Shown in pieces: positions 1 to 10,093 of a DNA stretch of 64,000 bases (positions are counted from its first letter, which is position 1; each line of letters begins with the position of its first letter). The position numbers and the translations under genes were made by a program. The DNA is from an uncultured Verrucomicrobiota bacterium. GTDB taxonomy: Bacteria > Verrucomicrobiota > Verrucomicrobiia > Limisphaerales > UBA9464. The notes beneath the pieces are model-generated. The model was not told the origin of the DNA, ran no database searches, and saw only the letters and a program-made list of their open reading frames with translations. The DNA is taken from positions 27,620-91,619 of the forward strand of contig CAIWVP010000141.1 in the NCBI GenBank assembly GCA_903916195.1, in the 5' to 3' direction.

Positions 1-2179
1 CGGGCGTGTCGAGGTCGGGACCCGGGTGAAGGTCCCGTTCGGCCATCGGCAGGTGCTCGGCGTGGTCACGGCGTTGGCGGACGATTCCGCGCACGCCAAC
101 CTCAAGGCCATCACCCGCGTGATCGGCACCCAGAGCCTGGTCACGCCCAAGGTGCTCGCGCTCGCGCGTTGGATCTCCGATTACTACTGCTGCCCGGTGG
201 AGACGGCTCTGAAGAGCGTCCTCCCCGATTCGGTGCGCAAGGAGGAGGAAGGCTGGCGCGAACGCCTCCATGTGCATGCTTTGCCGCCGCCGGCCGAGTT
301 CCCGAAGTTGACCCAGCGGCAGGAGACCATCTGGCGGATCATCGAGGAATGGCGCGAACTTCCGCTCCAAGAACTGCTGCGGTTGGGCGAGACCACGGGG
401 GAGACCGTCCGCAAGCTCGAGGACAAAGGCTTGGTGCGGATCGCTCCCAAGGTGGACGAGCGCGACCCCTACGCGAAGGAACAGATCGTCGCGACACAGC
501 CTCTTCCGTTGAACGCCCGTCAATCCGAGGCGCTGGCCAAGATCATCGCGGCAACGGACCGGCCGGCGCAGAACGACGGCCCCGGCGGAGGCGTTCCTGC
601 TCCGGCGTTCCTGCTCCACGGCGTCACCAGTTCAGGCAAGACGGAGGTCTATCTCCAGGCCATCGCCCATGTGCTGGAGCAGGGCAGGGGAGCCATCGTG
701 CTGGTGCCCGAGATCGCGCTCACGCCGCAGACGGTCGAGCGGTTCAAGGCCCGGTTCTCGTCGGGGCCGCAGCAGACCTTGGTGGCGGTGCTGCATTCGC
801 ATCTGAGCAGCGGCGAGAGGCATGACGAGTGGCACAAGATCCGGCAAGGCCGGGCCAAGATCGTCATCGGCGCCCGGTCGGCGATCTTCGCGCCGGTGGA
901 CCCGCTCGGGCTCATCATCGTCGACGAGGAGCACGAGCATTCGTACAAGCAGGAAGAGGCGCCCCGGTACCACGCGCGGGACGTCGCGGTCGTCCGCGGC
1001 CAGCGCGAAGGCGCGGTGGTCGTGCTCGGTAGCGCGACGCCTTCGCTCGAGAGCTACCACAACACGAAGCGAGGAAAGTACATGTTGTTGGAGATGCCGG
1101 ACCGGGCGACCGAGATGAAGTTGCCGGTCGTGCGCGTGGTCGACATGCGGCAGGAGCAGCTCCGTCGCAAGGGCCCGCCCCCGATCTTCTCCGAGCCGCT
1201 CAAGGAGGCGATCACCCAGCGCCTCGAACGGGGCGAGCAGACGATGCTCTTCCTCAACCGCCGCGGCTACTCGACCTCGCTGCAGTGCGAGAAATGCGGC
1301 TTCGTGGCCGGTTGCCCGAACTGCAGCGTCTCGCTCACCTTCCATAGGGCCGCGCAACGGCTCATGTGCCATATCTGCGGGCACGAGGAACGGGTCCCGA
1401 CGAAGTGCCCTCAGCCCCAGTGCGGCAATCCGGCGATCCGTTTTTCGGGAGTGGGCACCGAGCGGGTCGAGGACACGCTGGCGAAGCTGTTCCCCAAAGC
1501 GCGCGTCCAGCGGATGGATTCTGACACGCTCAAGCGGAAGGACGATTTCCGCAGGATCCTCACGGATTTCCGCATGGGCAAGACCGACATCCTGGTCGGG
1601 ACGCAGATGATCGCGAAAGGGCTCCATTTCCCGAATGTCACGCTCGTCGGCATCATCTACGCCGACATGGCCCTGCACATCCCTGATTTCCGGGCGGGCG
1701 AAAGGACCTTCCAACTCCTCACCCAGGTCAGCGGGCGCGCCGGGCGGGGCGATATCGAGGGCGAGGTCTTCGTGCAGAGCTTCACGCCGTTCCACCCGGC
1801 GATCCAGTACGCGCGCCGGCACGATTTCCTCGGCTTCTACGACCAGGAGATCGAGTTCCGGGAGCAACTGCGGTATCCGCCGTTCGCGCGGGTGGCGTTG
1901 CTCACGCTGAAAGGGCGGAACGAGGAGAAGGTGAAGTTCACGGCCGACCACATCCGGAGGTGGCTCGACGGGCATCTTGCCGGATGGACCGATCTGGTGA
2001 TCGCCGGACCGGCACCGGCGCCGTTGGCCCGGGCGGAATCGTTCTTCCGGTACCAGCTGATGCTGCGCGCGCGCCAGATGTCGCGCCTGAGCTCCGAACT
2101 GACGAAGCTCCAGATCGGCGTGGCGCTTCCGGAGGACATCACGCTCACGGTCGACGTCGATCCGGTGAGCCTGGCCTGA
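1..2179 (+). CDS. priA: Primosomal protein N' (replication restart helicase), 5'-truncated by window edge
   Basis: Walker A-like GVTSSGKT, DEEH box, two Zn-finger CxxC pairs, GTQMIAKG and QVSGRAGR motifs; frame is open upstream of GTG 26 to the window start. Confidence 0.97.
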   Translation, partial: GRVEVGTRVKVPFGHRQVLGVVTALADDSAHANLKAITRVIGTQSLVTPKVLALARWISDYYCCPVETALKSVLPDSVRKEEEGWRERLHVHALPPPAEFPKLTQRQETIWRIIEEWRELPLQELLRLGETTGETVRKLEDKGLVRIAPKVDERDPYAKEQIVATQPLPLNARQSEALAKIIAATDRPAQNDGPGGGVPAPAFLLHGVTSSGKTEVYLQAIAHVLEQGRGAIVLVPEIALTPQTVERFKARFSSGPQQTLVAVLHSHLSSGERHDEWHKIRQGRAKIVIGARSAIFAPVDPLGLIIVDEEHEHSYKQEEAPRYHARDVAVVRGQREGAVVVLGSATPSLESYHNTKRGKYMLLEMPDRATEMKLPVVRVVDMRQEQLRRKGPPPIFSEPLKEAITQRLERGEQTMLFLNRRGYSTSLQCEKCGFVAGCPNCSVSLTFHRAAQRLMCHICGHEERVPTKCPQPQCGNPAIRFSGVGTERVEDTLAKLFPKARVQRMDSDTLKRKDDFRRILTDFRMGKTDILVGTQMIAKGLHFPNVTLVGIIYADMALHIPDFRAGERTFQLLTQVSGRAGRGDIEGEVFVQSFTPFHPAIQYARRHDFLGFYDQEIEFREQLRYPPFARVALLTLKGRNEEKVKFTADHIRRWLDGHLAGWTDLVIAGPAPAPLARAESFFRYQLMLRARQMSRLSSELTKLQIGVALPEDITLTVDVDPVSLA

Positions 2180-2240
2180 GCGACGGGGCATCGCTTACGT
2201 CGGACAGCGTGTGTCCGACCCCTTGGTGGAAGCTCTCGGC

Positions 2241-2471
2241 ATGAAGAACGAGATGCCGCCTGCCAAGACCTGGATAGCGACCGCGATCGCTCCCGCGGCC
2301 CACCGGGACCACGCCGACCAGCTCGACCTCACGTTGTTGTCGGAACCGGCGGTGCGCCGCGCTCCGCGCCGTCAGCGTCCTTGCTCGCGGGAACGGGCCC
2401 GGTGGTGGTTCGCGCAGATGCGCCGCGTCGTCGACGAGGTCTGCGACGCCGGCCCCATGGCCGCGCGATGA
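2241..2471 (+). CDS. Small basic hypothetical protein (RARWWFAQMRRVVD motif)
   Basis: ORF with ATG at 2241 filling the priA-eboE gap; alternative start 2211. Confidence 0.55.
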   Translation: MKNEMPPAKTWIATAIAPAAHRDHADQLDLTLLSEPAVRRAPRRQRPCSRERARWWFAQMRRVVDEVCDAGPMAAR

Positions 2472-2530
2472 CCGGGGCGGGCTGTTTTTTGGTTCGAGCC
2501 TTCCCTTTGTCCCCTCCTACATTGCCCCCC

Positions 2531-3706
2531 GTGAGACTCAACCACGGGCTTCATCTGGCCTATTGCACCAACGTCCACCGCGGTGGCGATTGGGCGGAGA
2601 CCTTCGCCGGGCTGGAGCAGCACACTCTCGCGGTCCGCCGCCGGGTCTCGCCGGGCCGGCCGTATGCGATCGGCCTCCGCCTGAGCGACACCGCGTCCCG
2701 CGAGTTGTCGGAGCCGGCGAAGCTCCGGGCCTTCCAGGCCTGGCTCGCGCGGAACGACTGCTACATCTTCACGATCAACGGATTCCCTTACGGCAACTTC
2801 CACGGCACGCGCGTCAAGGAACAGGTCTCGCAACCGGACTGGACCACGCAGGACCGGCTCGCCTACACCAACCGGCTCTTCGACCTGCTCGCGGTGCTCG
2901 TGCCGGACGGCGTCGAAGCCTCTGTCAGCACGGTGCCGGTGAGTTTCAAGGCGTTCCGGCTGGGCGAGCGCGGGTTGCGGACGGCGCGCGAGAACCTTTG
3001 GCGGTGCGTCGAGCACCAGGAGCAGCTCACCCGCCGCACCGGGAAGAAGTTCCATCTCGGGTTGGAGCCGGAACCCTTCGGCACCGTCGAGAACACCACC
3101 GAGTTCCTCACGCTGTTCCGCCAACTGGAGAACGATCGTCCGGGCGACCTGCGGCTGCGCGAGCACCTCGGCATCAACTACGACACCTGTCACTTCGCGC
3201 TCCAGTACGAGTCGCCCGCCGAGGCCCTGGGCCATCTGGCCAAGCACGGCGTCAAGATCAGCAAGCTCCATCTGAGCAACGCGCTCCGGGTGCATCCGAC
3301 CCCGGAGGTCCGGGAAGCGCTCCGGGCGTTCGTCGACGACATCTATTTCCACCAGGTCATCGAGCGCCGCGCGGACGGCGAACTGTTCCGGTACGCGGAC
3401 CTCGACGAAGCGTTGGCGACGTCGGTGAGCGACGGCCCGCAGTTCGATCGGGAGTGGCGGATCCACTTCCATATCCCGCTCCACGCGCCGGAGACGGCGA
3501 TGTTCGGCACGACCGCCGGCCATCTGCGCGGCGTGCTCGACGAGGTGAAGCGCCGACCCGCGCTCTGTTCCCATCTCGAGATGGAGACGTACACCTGGGA
3601 AGTGCTCCCTCGCGGGCTCAAACAGCCGACCGTCGTGGACATGCTCGCCAGCGAGTACGCGTGGACGCTTTCGGAACTGGAGCAACGTGGGATCCGGCCG
3701 GTCTGA
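2531..3706 (+). CDS. eboE: Metabolite traffic protein EboE (xylose-isomerase-like TIM barrel)
   Basis: LAYCTNVH, TINGFPYGNFH..VKE.V..PDW, LEPEP, WRIHFHIPL, HLEMETYTW motifs; GTG start 7 nt after TACATT. Confidence 0.9.
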   Translation: MRLNHGLHLAYCTNVHRGGDWAETFAGLEQHTLAVRRRVSPGRPYAIGLRLSDTASRELSEPAKLRAFQAWLARNDCYIFTINGFPYGNFHGTRVKEQVSQPDWTTQDRLAYTNRLFDLLAVLVPDGVEASVSTVPVSFKAFRLGERGLRTARENLWRCVEHQEQLTRRTGKKFHLGLEPEPFGTVENTTEFLTLFRQLENDRPGDLRLREHLGINYDTCHFALQYESPAEALGHLAKHGVKISKLHLSNALRVHPTPEVREALRAFVDDIYFHQVIERRADGELFRYADLDEALATSVSDGPQFDREWRIHFHIPLHAPETAMFGTTAGHLRGVLDEVKRRPALCSHLEMETYTWEVLPRGLKQPTVVDMLASEYAWTLSELEQRGIRPV

Positions 3707-3775
3707 GCCCGCGCTTCCGGCCGCAAATGGCGGCTGGTATCCGCCGGTTGCTCTGAGAGATTGACCCCGTCGAAC

Positions 3776-4618
3776 ATGAACCTGAAGAAAGCCGTCATCA
3801 CCGCCGCGGGTAAGAACCAGCGCACGCTTCCTCTCCAGTCGCTCGTGGACAGCGACGGCGCGACGAAGACCGCGCTCGCGATCATCATCGAGGAGGCGCT
3901 CGCCGCGGGCATCGAAGAGGTCGCCATCGTCATCCAGCCTGGTGACCAGACGGCTTACGCCACCGCCGCGGGACCCCATGCGGGGCGCATCACCTTCGTC
4001 GAGCAAGCCGAGCCGCTCGGCTACGGCCATGCCGTGGCCTGCGCCCGGACCTTCACCGCCGGTGCGCCGTTCCTGCTGCTCGTCGGCGACCATCTTTACG
4101 TCAACAGCGAGGCCCGCGGATGCGCCCGGCAACTGATCGAGCTGGCGGCTTCGACGTCGTGCTCGGTATCCGCCGTCCAAGCGACCCACGAGAGCAAGCT
4201 GCCCTATTACGGGGCGGTCGGCTGCAAGCGGGTCACCGGTCAGGACGGCCTCTACGAAGTGACCGAGGTGCTCGAGAAACCGACGCCCACGGAGGCCGAG
4301 CAACGCCTCGTCGTCCCGGGGCTGCGCGCCGGCCATTACCTCTGCTTCTTCGGCATGCACGTGCTCACCTCCACCGTCATGGACCTGCTCGTCGGATCGG
4401 TCGAGGCGGCCGGCGGGAAAGGGGTCCATCTTTCCGCCGCGCTGGCGAAGCTCGCGAAGAAGGAGCGCTACCTCGCGACCGAGCTGAAGGGCCGCCGCTA
4501 CGACATCGGCGCGAAGTACGGCCTGCTGACCGCCCAGCTCGCGCTGGCCTTGGCCGGCGACGACCGCGACGAAGTGTTGGGCGGCCTCGTCGAGCTCCTT
4601 GCCCAGCGGACCCGGTGA
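3776..4618 (+). CDS. GalU-like sugar-phosphate nucleotidyltransferase with a shortened N-terminal signature
   Basis: [36 protein letters not shown] motifs; canonical GxGTRxLPxTKxxPK is replaced by [10 protein letters not shown]. Confidence 0.8.
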   Translation: MNLKKAVITAAGKNQRTLPLQSLVDSDGATKTALAIIIEEALAAGIEEVAIVIQPGDQTAYATAAGPHAGRITFVEQAEPLGYGHAVACARTFTAGAPFLLLVGDHLYVNSEARGCARQLIELAASTSCSVSAVQATHESKLPYYGAVGCKRVTGQDGLYEVTEVLEKPTPTEAEQRLVVPGLRAGHYLCFFGMHVLTSTVMDLLVGSVEAAGGKGVHLSAALAKLAKKERYLATELKGRRYDIGAKYGLLTAQLALALAGDDRDEVLGGLVELLAQRTR

Positions 4619-4667
4619 ACCCGCACCGCCGGCCGGAACCGGCCGCCCCCCCTTCCCGCGCCCGACC

Positions 4668-7600
4668 ATGATCTCCCTGCTACCGCTCATCACCTCCGCC
4701 GATCCGGCGGTGCGCGACCAGTCGCTCGATGCCTCGTGCCGCGCCGCCTCGGTCGCCGAGCTGCTCGCCGCCTGCGACGAGCTCGACGGCTTCCGCCGCA
4801 AGGCCGAGAACCTCTACGAACGCGTCCGCGCGCTGTTCTTCCTCTCGGCGATCCACCGGTTCCATCTGCCCGAGAAGCTCCGGTCCGCCGGTCCGCCGGT
4901 CCGGTCCGCCGCCTTGATCCCGTTCCGCGGCTACGAGCAGCTGCTCCATCGGCGGTTCGAGGAAGCGATCGACACCTTCCTCGCGCTCCAGACCGGCCAG
5001 GGCCCGAGCGACGGGCTGGCCTCCGCGCTCGCCAACGCCTACCACCGGCTCGCCTTCCAGACGCTGGCCGACCAGGTGCGGCGCAGCGTCCGCAGCGTGC
5101 GCGGCAACCAGTGGATGTTCCGCATGGGACACCCGGCCGACCAGCCGCTGCGCATCCGGCCCGAGCTGCTCCGGAGCGGCGCGGACGGCGCGTATCCGAT
5201 CCTCCGCGAACTGACGCCGGTGCGGATGGACCTCACGCATTCGGCGTGGAGCGACATCTTCTTCCTCGGGATGGATTTCCCCGAGGGCGCGAAGGTCGTC
5301 AACGTCTCCGTCGATCTCGGTGTCCATGGCCGCGACGCCAAGCCGCGTCCGCCCGTCAGCGCGTGGTTGCGCGTGCTCGACGAACCCGTGCTGCGCCTCA
5401 CGTCCGTCGACCTCGGCGCGACCGCGGACATCACCGCGCTGGGCGAGGTGTTCGATTTCGCGAAGGACCATCTCGGCCTGCTCAAGGCGGCGGTGATCGC
5501 TTCCGGCATCGTCCCGCCCGGGATCGAAGGCTCGGGCCAATCGCTGGCCGATCTGCTCGCGCGCGTCGTCGGGCCGGGCCGCGGCCTCGAGATCGTGTCG
5601 TGCGTGAACGACATCCCGAAAGGATCGCGTCTGGCCGTCAGCACGAACCTGCTCGGCTCGCTCATCAGCGTCTGCATGCGCGCGACCGGCCAGACGACCG
5701 GCGGCGCGGACACGGGCGATGTGACCGGACCGTTGTCGGAGTCCGACCGGCGGATCGTGCTCGCGCGGGCGTTGCTCGGCGAATGGTTGGGCGGCAGCGG
5801 AGGCGGTTGGCAGGATTCCGGCGGTGTCTGGCCCGGCATCAAGCTCATCACCGGCGTGCCCGCGGCGGAGTCCGATCCGGAGTGGGGCATCTCCCGCGGA
5901 TGCCTGATGCCGTCGCACCATGTGTTCTCGACGGACGAGATCCCCGAGAGCGCGCGGCAGGCGCTGCAGGATTCGCTCGTGGTCGTCCACGGCGGCATGG
6001 CGCAGAACGTCGGCCCGATCCTCGAGATGGTGACCGAGAAATATCTGCTCCGCTCGGAGGCCGAATGGATCGGCCGCAAGGACGCGCTCACGGTGCTGGA
6101 CGAGGTCGTCTCGGCCCTGCGCCGCGGCGATATCCGGGCCTTGGCCGCGGCGACGACGCGGAACTTCCGCCGACCGATCCAGACGATCATCCCGTGGGCC
6201 TCCACGTTCTACACCGAACAGCTCATCGCCAAGGCGAGCGCGGCGTTCGGTGAGGATTTCTGGGGCTTCTGGATGCTCGGCGGGATGAGCGGCGGCGGCA
6301 TGGGCTTCATCTTCGCGCCGGACCGGAAGGTCGAGGCGCAGGCGCGGATGCAGGAGATCATGTCGGCGACCAAGCGCGAGCTGCAGCACGCGTTGCCGTT
6401 CGCGATGGAGCCGGTCGTGTTCGATTACGCCATCAACGAGCACGGCACCTCCGCTGATCTTCTCGACGGCGACGACGCGCTGATGCCGCCGGGCTACTAC
6501 GCGCTGACCGTGCCCGCTCTCGTCCGCCAGGACCGCCGGGAACTCCCGCTGGCGCGCCGGGCCGAGCTCGACAAATTCGGCGCTGCCGCCCGCACCCGGC
6601 CCGAGCTCCGCGGCCTGGTGCAGACCCTTTTCGACGTCCTCCTGCCGCGCGGCCGATCCGAATCCGCGGGCGGTGTCCCGTTGGTCGAACTGCTGGACCA
6701 GAACGGGTTCGACCGGGCCCAACACGAGCAGATCCGCGAGGATCTCCGGGAAGGCCGGATCGGTCTCGCCCAGAACCGTCTCCGCGCCGACGCCATCATC
6801 GAGGACGTGAGGCCGGAGGACGTGGCCTTCGTGGACGTGGCCTTCGTGGACGGGGCGCACGAGCTCGGCGAAGCCGCCCTGCGCGCGGGCGAGGTCGCCG
6901 TCATCACGCTCGCCGCGGGCGCGGGCTCGCGTTGGACGCAGGGTGCCGGCGTGTGCAAGGCGCTGCATCCCTTCGCCAAGTTCAGCGGACGCCATCGCAC
7001 CTTCATCGAGGCGCATCTGGCGAAATCTCGCCGCACGTCCCGCGCTTCCGGCACGCCGCTGCCGCATGTCTTCACGACCAGCTATGCGACGCACGGGCCG
7101 ACCGAGCGGTTCCTCTCCGCCGTCGGCAACTACGGCTACCCGGGCCCGCTCCATCTTTCGCCGGGCAAGAACGTCGGGCTCCGCATGGTGCCCACGGCGC
7201 GGGACCTCCGCTTCGCTTGGGAAGAGATGCCGCAGCAACGCCTCGACGAGCAGCAGCAGAAGGTGCGCGAAAGCCTGCGGGCCGCGCTGATCGGTTGGGC
7301 GAGATCGGCGGGCGAGGCGTCGGATTACACGGACAACGTCCCGCTGCAGTCCATGCATCCGGTCGGCCACTGGTACGAGGTGCCGAACCTCTTCCGCAAC
7401 GGCGTGCTCGCCCGGCTGCTCACCGGGCGGCCGCAGCTGCGCTGGCTGCTCCTGCACAACATCGACACCCTCGGGGCCGACGTGGATCCGACCCTGCTCG
7501 GCCAGCACATCCGGAGCGGCGCGGCTCTGACCTTCGAGGTCATCACGCGGCGCCTCGAGGACCGCGGTGGCGGGCTTGCCCGGGTGAACGGCCGTCCGCG

Positions 7601-8024
7601 TCTGGTCGAAGGACTGGCGATGCCGCGCGAGGAGGACGAGTTCCGGCTGAGCTACTACAACTCGATGACGACCTGGATCGACCTCGACCGGTTGCTCTCG
7701 GCGTTCGGGCTGACGCGCGAGGACATCGTCGCCGGCGACACGGTCAAGATCACCGCCGCGATCCGCGGGCTGGCCGCGAGGATGCCCACCTACGTCACGC
7801 TCAAGGAGGTGAAGAAACGTTGGGGCCACGGCCAGGAGGACATCTTCCCGGTGACGCAGTTCGAGAAGCTCTGGGGCGACCTGACGGCGTTGCCGGAGAT
7901 CGACAGCCGCTTCGTGGTGGTGCCGCGTCCGCGCGGCCAACAGCTCAAGGACCAGGCCCAGCTCGACGGCTGGCTCCGCGACGGTTCGGCGGCCCATGTC
8001 GAGGGCCTGTGCGAGTGGGAGTGA
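4668..8024 (+). CDS. Fusion of GHMP sugar kinase (fucokinase-like) and C-terminal UDPGP-family UDP-sugar pyrophosphorylase
   Basis: PVRMDL...[28 protein letters not shown] (kinase); [10 protein letters not shown]...K, HPVGH, HNIDTLG, DRGGGL (pyrophosphorylase). Confidence 0.8.
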   Translation: MISLLPLITSADPAVRDQSLDASCRAASVAELLAACDELDGFRRKAENLYERVRALFFLSAIHRFHLPEKLRSAGPPVRSAALIPFRGYEQLLHRRFEEAIDTFLALQTGQGPSDGLASALANAYHRLAFQTLADQVRRSVRSVRGNQWMFRMGHPADQPLRIRPELLRSGADGAYPILRELTPVRMDLTHSAWSDIFFLGMDFPEGAKVVNVSVDLGVHGRDAKPRPPVSAWLRVLDEPVLRLTSVDLGATADITALGEVFDFAKDHLGLLKAAVIASGIVPPGIEGSGQSLADLLARVVGPGRGLEIVSCVNDIPKGSRLAVSTNLLGSLISVCMRATGQTTGGADTGDVTGPLSESDRRIVLARALLGEWLGGSGGGWQDSGGVWPGIKLITGVPAAESDPEWGISRGCLMPSHHVFSTDEIPESARQALQDSLVVVHGGMAQNVGPILEMVTEKYLLRSEAEWIGRKDALTVLDEVVSALRRGDIRALAAATTRNFRRPIQTIIPWASTFYTEQLIAKASAAFGEDFWGFWMLGGMSGGGMGFIFAPDRKVEAQARMQEIMSATKRELQHALPFAMEPVVFDYAINEHGTSADLLDGDDALMPPGYYALTVPALVRQDRRELPLARRAELDKFGAAARTRPELRGLVQTLFDVLLPRGRSESAGGVPLVELLDQNGFDRAQHEQIREDLREGRIGLAQNRLRADAIIEDVRPEDVAFVDVAFVDGAHELGEAALRAGEVAVITLAAGAGSRWTQGAGVCKALHPFAKFSGRHRTFIEAHLAKSRRTSRASGTPLPHVFTTSYATHGPTERFLSAVGNYGYPGPLHLSPGKNVGLRMVPTARDLRFAWEEMPQQRLDEQQQKVRESLRAALIGWARSAGEASDYTDNVPLQSMHPVGHWYEVPNLFRNGVLARLLTGRPQLRWLLLHNIDTLGADVDPTLLGQHIRSGAALTFEVITRRLEDRGGGLARVNGRPRLVEGLAMPREEDEFRLSYYNSMTTWIDLDRLLSAFGLTREDIVAGDTVKITAAIRGLAARMPTYVTLKEVKKRWGHGQEDIFPVTQFEKLWGDLTALPEIDSRFVVVPRPRGQQLKDQAQLDGWLRDGSAAHVEGLCEWE

Positions 8025-8191
8025 ACCCTCGGGACACGCACGAAGCGGAGCCTGCTTCACGGTTGACCGGGCCGGATATCCGGGAGGAAGCGTTCCGGCC
8101 ACCCGTTCTATCCACGCCATCGGATCATCCAGACCGGGAATCAGGGGTCGACTTCGGAGCCGGGTCCACGGTAGTGAGGGACCCCTTCGCC

Positions 8192-8599
8192 ATGAGCACC
8201 CCCTCGCATCGATTCATCACCACCGCCGAGGCCCTGAAGGAAGAGCACAAGGGCCGCACCAACCATTGGCTTTGCCACGCCGAGGTCTGCGGCGCGAAGG
8301 ACATCCAGATCTGCCGCGCGACCCTGCCTGCGGGCGAAGGCCACGGCTTCCACACGCATCCGGAACTGGAGGAGGTGATCTACGTGCTCGAGGGCGAGGT
8401 CGAGCAATGGGTGGAGCGCGAGCATCGCGTGCTGAAGCCGGGCGAGGTCGCGCACATCCCCAAGGGAGTGGTCCACGCGACGTTCAACCCGACCGCGAAG
8501 GACGCCGTGATCCTGGCGGTGCTGTCGCCGGCGGTGTTCACCGGGCCGTTCGCGGTGGATGTCAGCGACGAGGAACCCTGGCGGTCGTTGCGCGGATGA
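8192..8599 (+). CDS. Cupin domain protein
   Basis: HGFHTHPELEEVIYVLEG and IPKGVVH metal-binding cupin motifs. Confidence 0.9.
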   Translation: MSTPSHRFITTAEALKEEHKGRTNHWLCHAEVCGAKDIQICRATLPAGEGHGFHTHPELEEVIYVLEGEVEQWVEREHRVLKPGEVAHIPKGVVHATFNPTAKDAVILAVLSPAVFTGPFAVDVSDEEPWRSLRG

Positions 8600-8641
8600 C
8601 CAGGCGGGATTCCCGCCGGTACGGGCTCCACACCGGCCCGC

Positions 8642-10093
8642 TCAGGCCAGGATGCTCTTCACCACTTCGCCGGCGACGTCGGTGAGGCGGAATTTCCGCC
8701 CGCTGTGCAGGTAGGTGAGGCGCTCATGGTCGAAGCCGAGCAGGTGCAGCACGGTCGCGTGGAGGTCGTTGAAACTCACCTTGTCGACGACCGCCTTGTG
8801 GCCGAGCTCGTCGGTGGCGCCGTGGTGGACGCCGCCCTTCGCGCCGCCGCCGGCCATCCAATAGGTGAACGCGTGGGGGTTGTGGTCGCGGCCCGGCTTG
8901 CCGCCTTTCTGCGACACCGGCAGGCGCCCGAATTCGCCGCCCCAGATCACCAACGTCTCGTCGAGCAACCCGCGCTGCTCCAGGTCGGCGAGCAGGCCCG
9001 CGATCGGCTGGTCGGTCTCGCGGGCGAAACCGCCGTGGTTGCCCACGATGTCCTCGTGGCCGTCCCAGCTGCGCTGGTTGTCCATGCCGCCGGAGTAGAT
9101 CTGCACGAACCGCACGCCGCGTTCGACCATGCGGCGGGCCATGAGGCACTGCGCGGCGAAGTGTTTGCAGTGCGGTTGGTCGAGGCCGTAGAGCCGCTGG
9201 ACCGGCGCCGGTTCGCGTCCGATGTCGAAGGCCTCGGGCGCAGCGGTCTGCATGCGGTAGGCGAGCTCGAAGCTCCGGATGCGCGCGTCGAACTCGCCGT
9301 CGAGCGGCGAATGCCCGAGGCGGCCGCGGTTGAGGCGCGCGAGCAGATCGAGTTGCGCGCGCTGCGCTGCGTCCCCCATCCCGGCGGTCGGTCGGAGATT
9401 GTCGATGGGCTCGCCCTTGGGCCGGAGCCATGTGCCCTGGTAGACGCTGGGCAGGAAGCCCGCACCCCAGTTGCTCGCATGGCCCTTGGGCAATCCGCGG
9501 TCGAGCGGATCGCTCATCACCACGAACGACGGCAGGTCGCGGCTCTCGCTGCCGAGACCATAGGTCGCCCACGATCCCACGCAGGGGAAGCCCATCCGGG
9601 TCGAGCCCGTGTTCGCCATGAACAGCGCGGGGCTGTGGTTGTTCGACTCGGTGTGGCAGGAGTGGAGGAAGGCCATCTTGTCCACATGGCGCGCGAGGTG
9701 GGGGAACAGGCTGCTCACCCAGGTGCCGCTCTGGCCATGGCGCGCCCAATCGAACGGCGACTTCATCAACGGCCCGACCGATCCGGTGAAGAACCCCGTG
9801 TTCTTGTCGAAGCCGGGCAGCTCTTTTCCGTCGCTCTTGGTGAGCTCCGGCTTGTGGTCCCACGTGTCGACCTGGCTGGGACCGCCGTTCATGAAGAGCC
9901 AGATCACCGACTTGGCGCGGGCCGGGAAATGAGGCGGTCGCGCGATGAGCGGATCGCCCGACACCGCGGCCGACGCCGACGGCAGCAGCGATCCCGAGTC
10001 CTGGAAAAGCCCCGCGAGCGCGAGCATGCCGGCACCCGCACCGGCGCGGCGGAGCATCTGGCGACGGTCGATCAGAGAAGGGTCATTCCACAT
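8642..10093 (-). CDS. DUF1501 family (sulfatase-like) protein, probable Tat substrate
   Basis: RRQML twin-arginine-like leader, VIWLFMNGGPSQVDTWD.KP, WDGH, WGGEFGRLP, GRDH, RLTDVAG. Confidence 0.92.
   Translation of the reverse strand: MWNDPSLIDRRQMLRRAGAGAGMLALAGLFQDSGSLLPSASAAVSGDPLIARPPHFPARAKSVIWLFMNGGPSQVDTWDHKPELTKSDGKELPGFDKNTGFFTGSVGPLMKSPFDWARHGQSGTWVSSLFPHLARHVDKMAFLHSCHTESNNHSPALFMANTGSTRMGFPCVGSWATYGLGSESRDLPSFVVMSDPLDRGLPKGHASNWGAGFLPSVYQGTWLRPKGEPIDNLRPTAGMGDAAQRAQLDLLARLNRGRLGHSPLDGEFDARIRSFELAYRMQTAAPEAFDIGREPAPVQRLYGLDQPHCKHFAAQCLMARRMVERGVRFVQIYSGGMDNQRSWDGHEDIVGNHGGFARETDQPIAGLLADLEQRGLLDETLVIWGGEFGRLPVSQKGGKPGRDHNPHAFTYWMAGGGAKGGVHHGATDELGHKAVVDKVSFNDLHATVLHLLGFDHERLTYLHSGRKFRLTDVAGEVVKSILA

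Noticed and set aside
4680..8120. 1146-aa minus-strand ORF and similar long ORFs (632-2191, 9945-13292, most of 24234-27683, 34489-36165, 49597-51225, 53615-55597)
   Set aside because: Antisense or alternate-frame shadows of real genes, expected from high-GC codon bias; no recognisable motifs.
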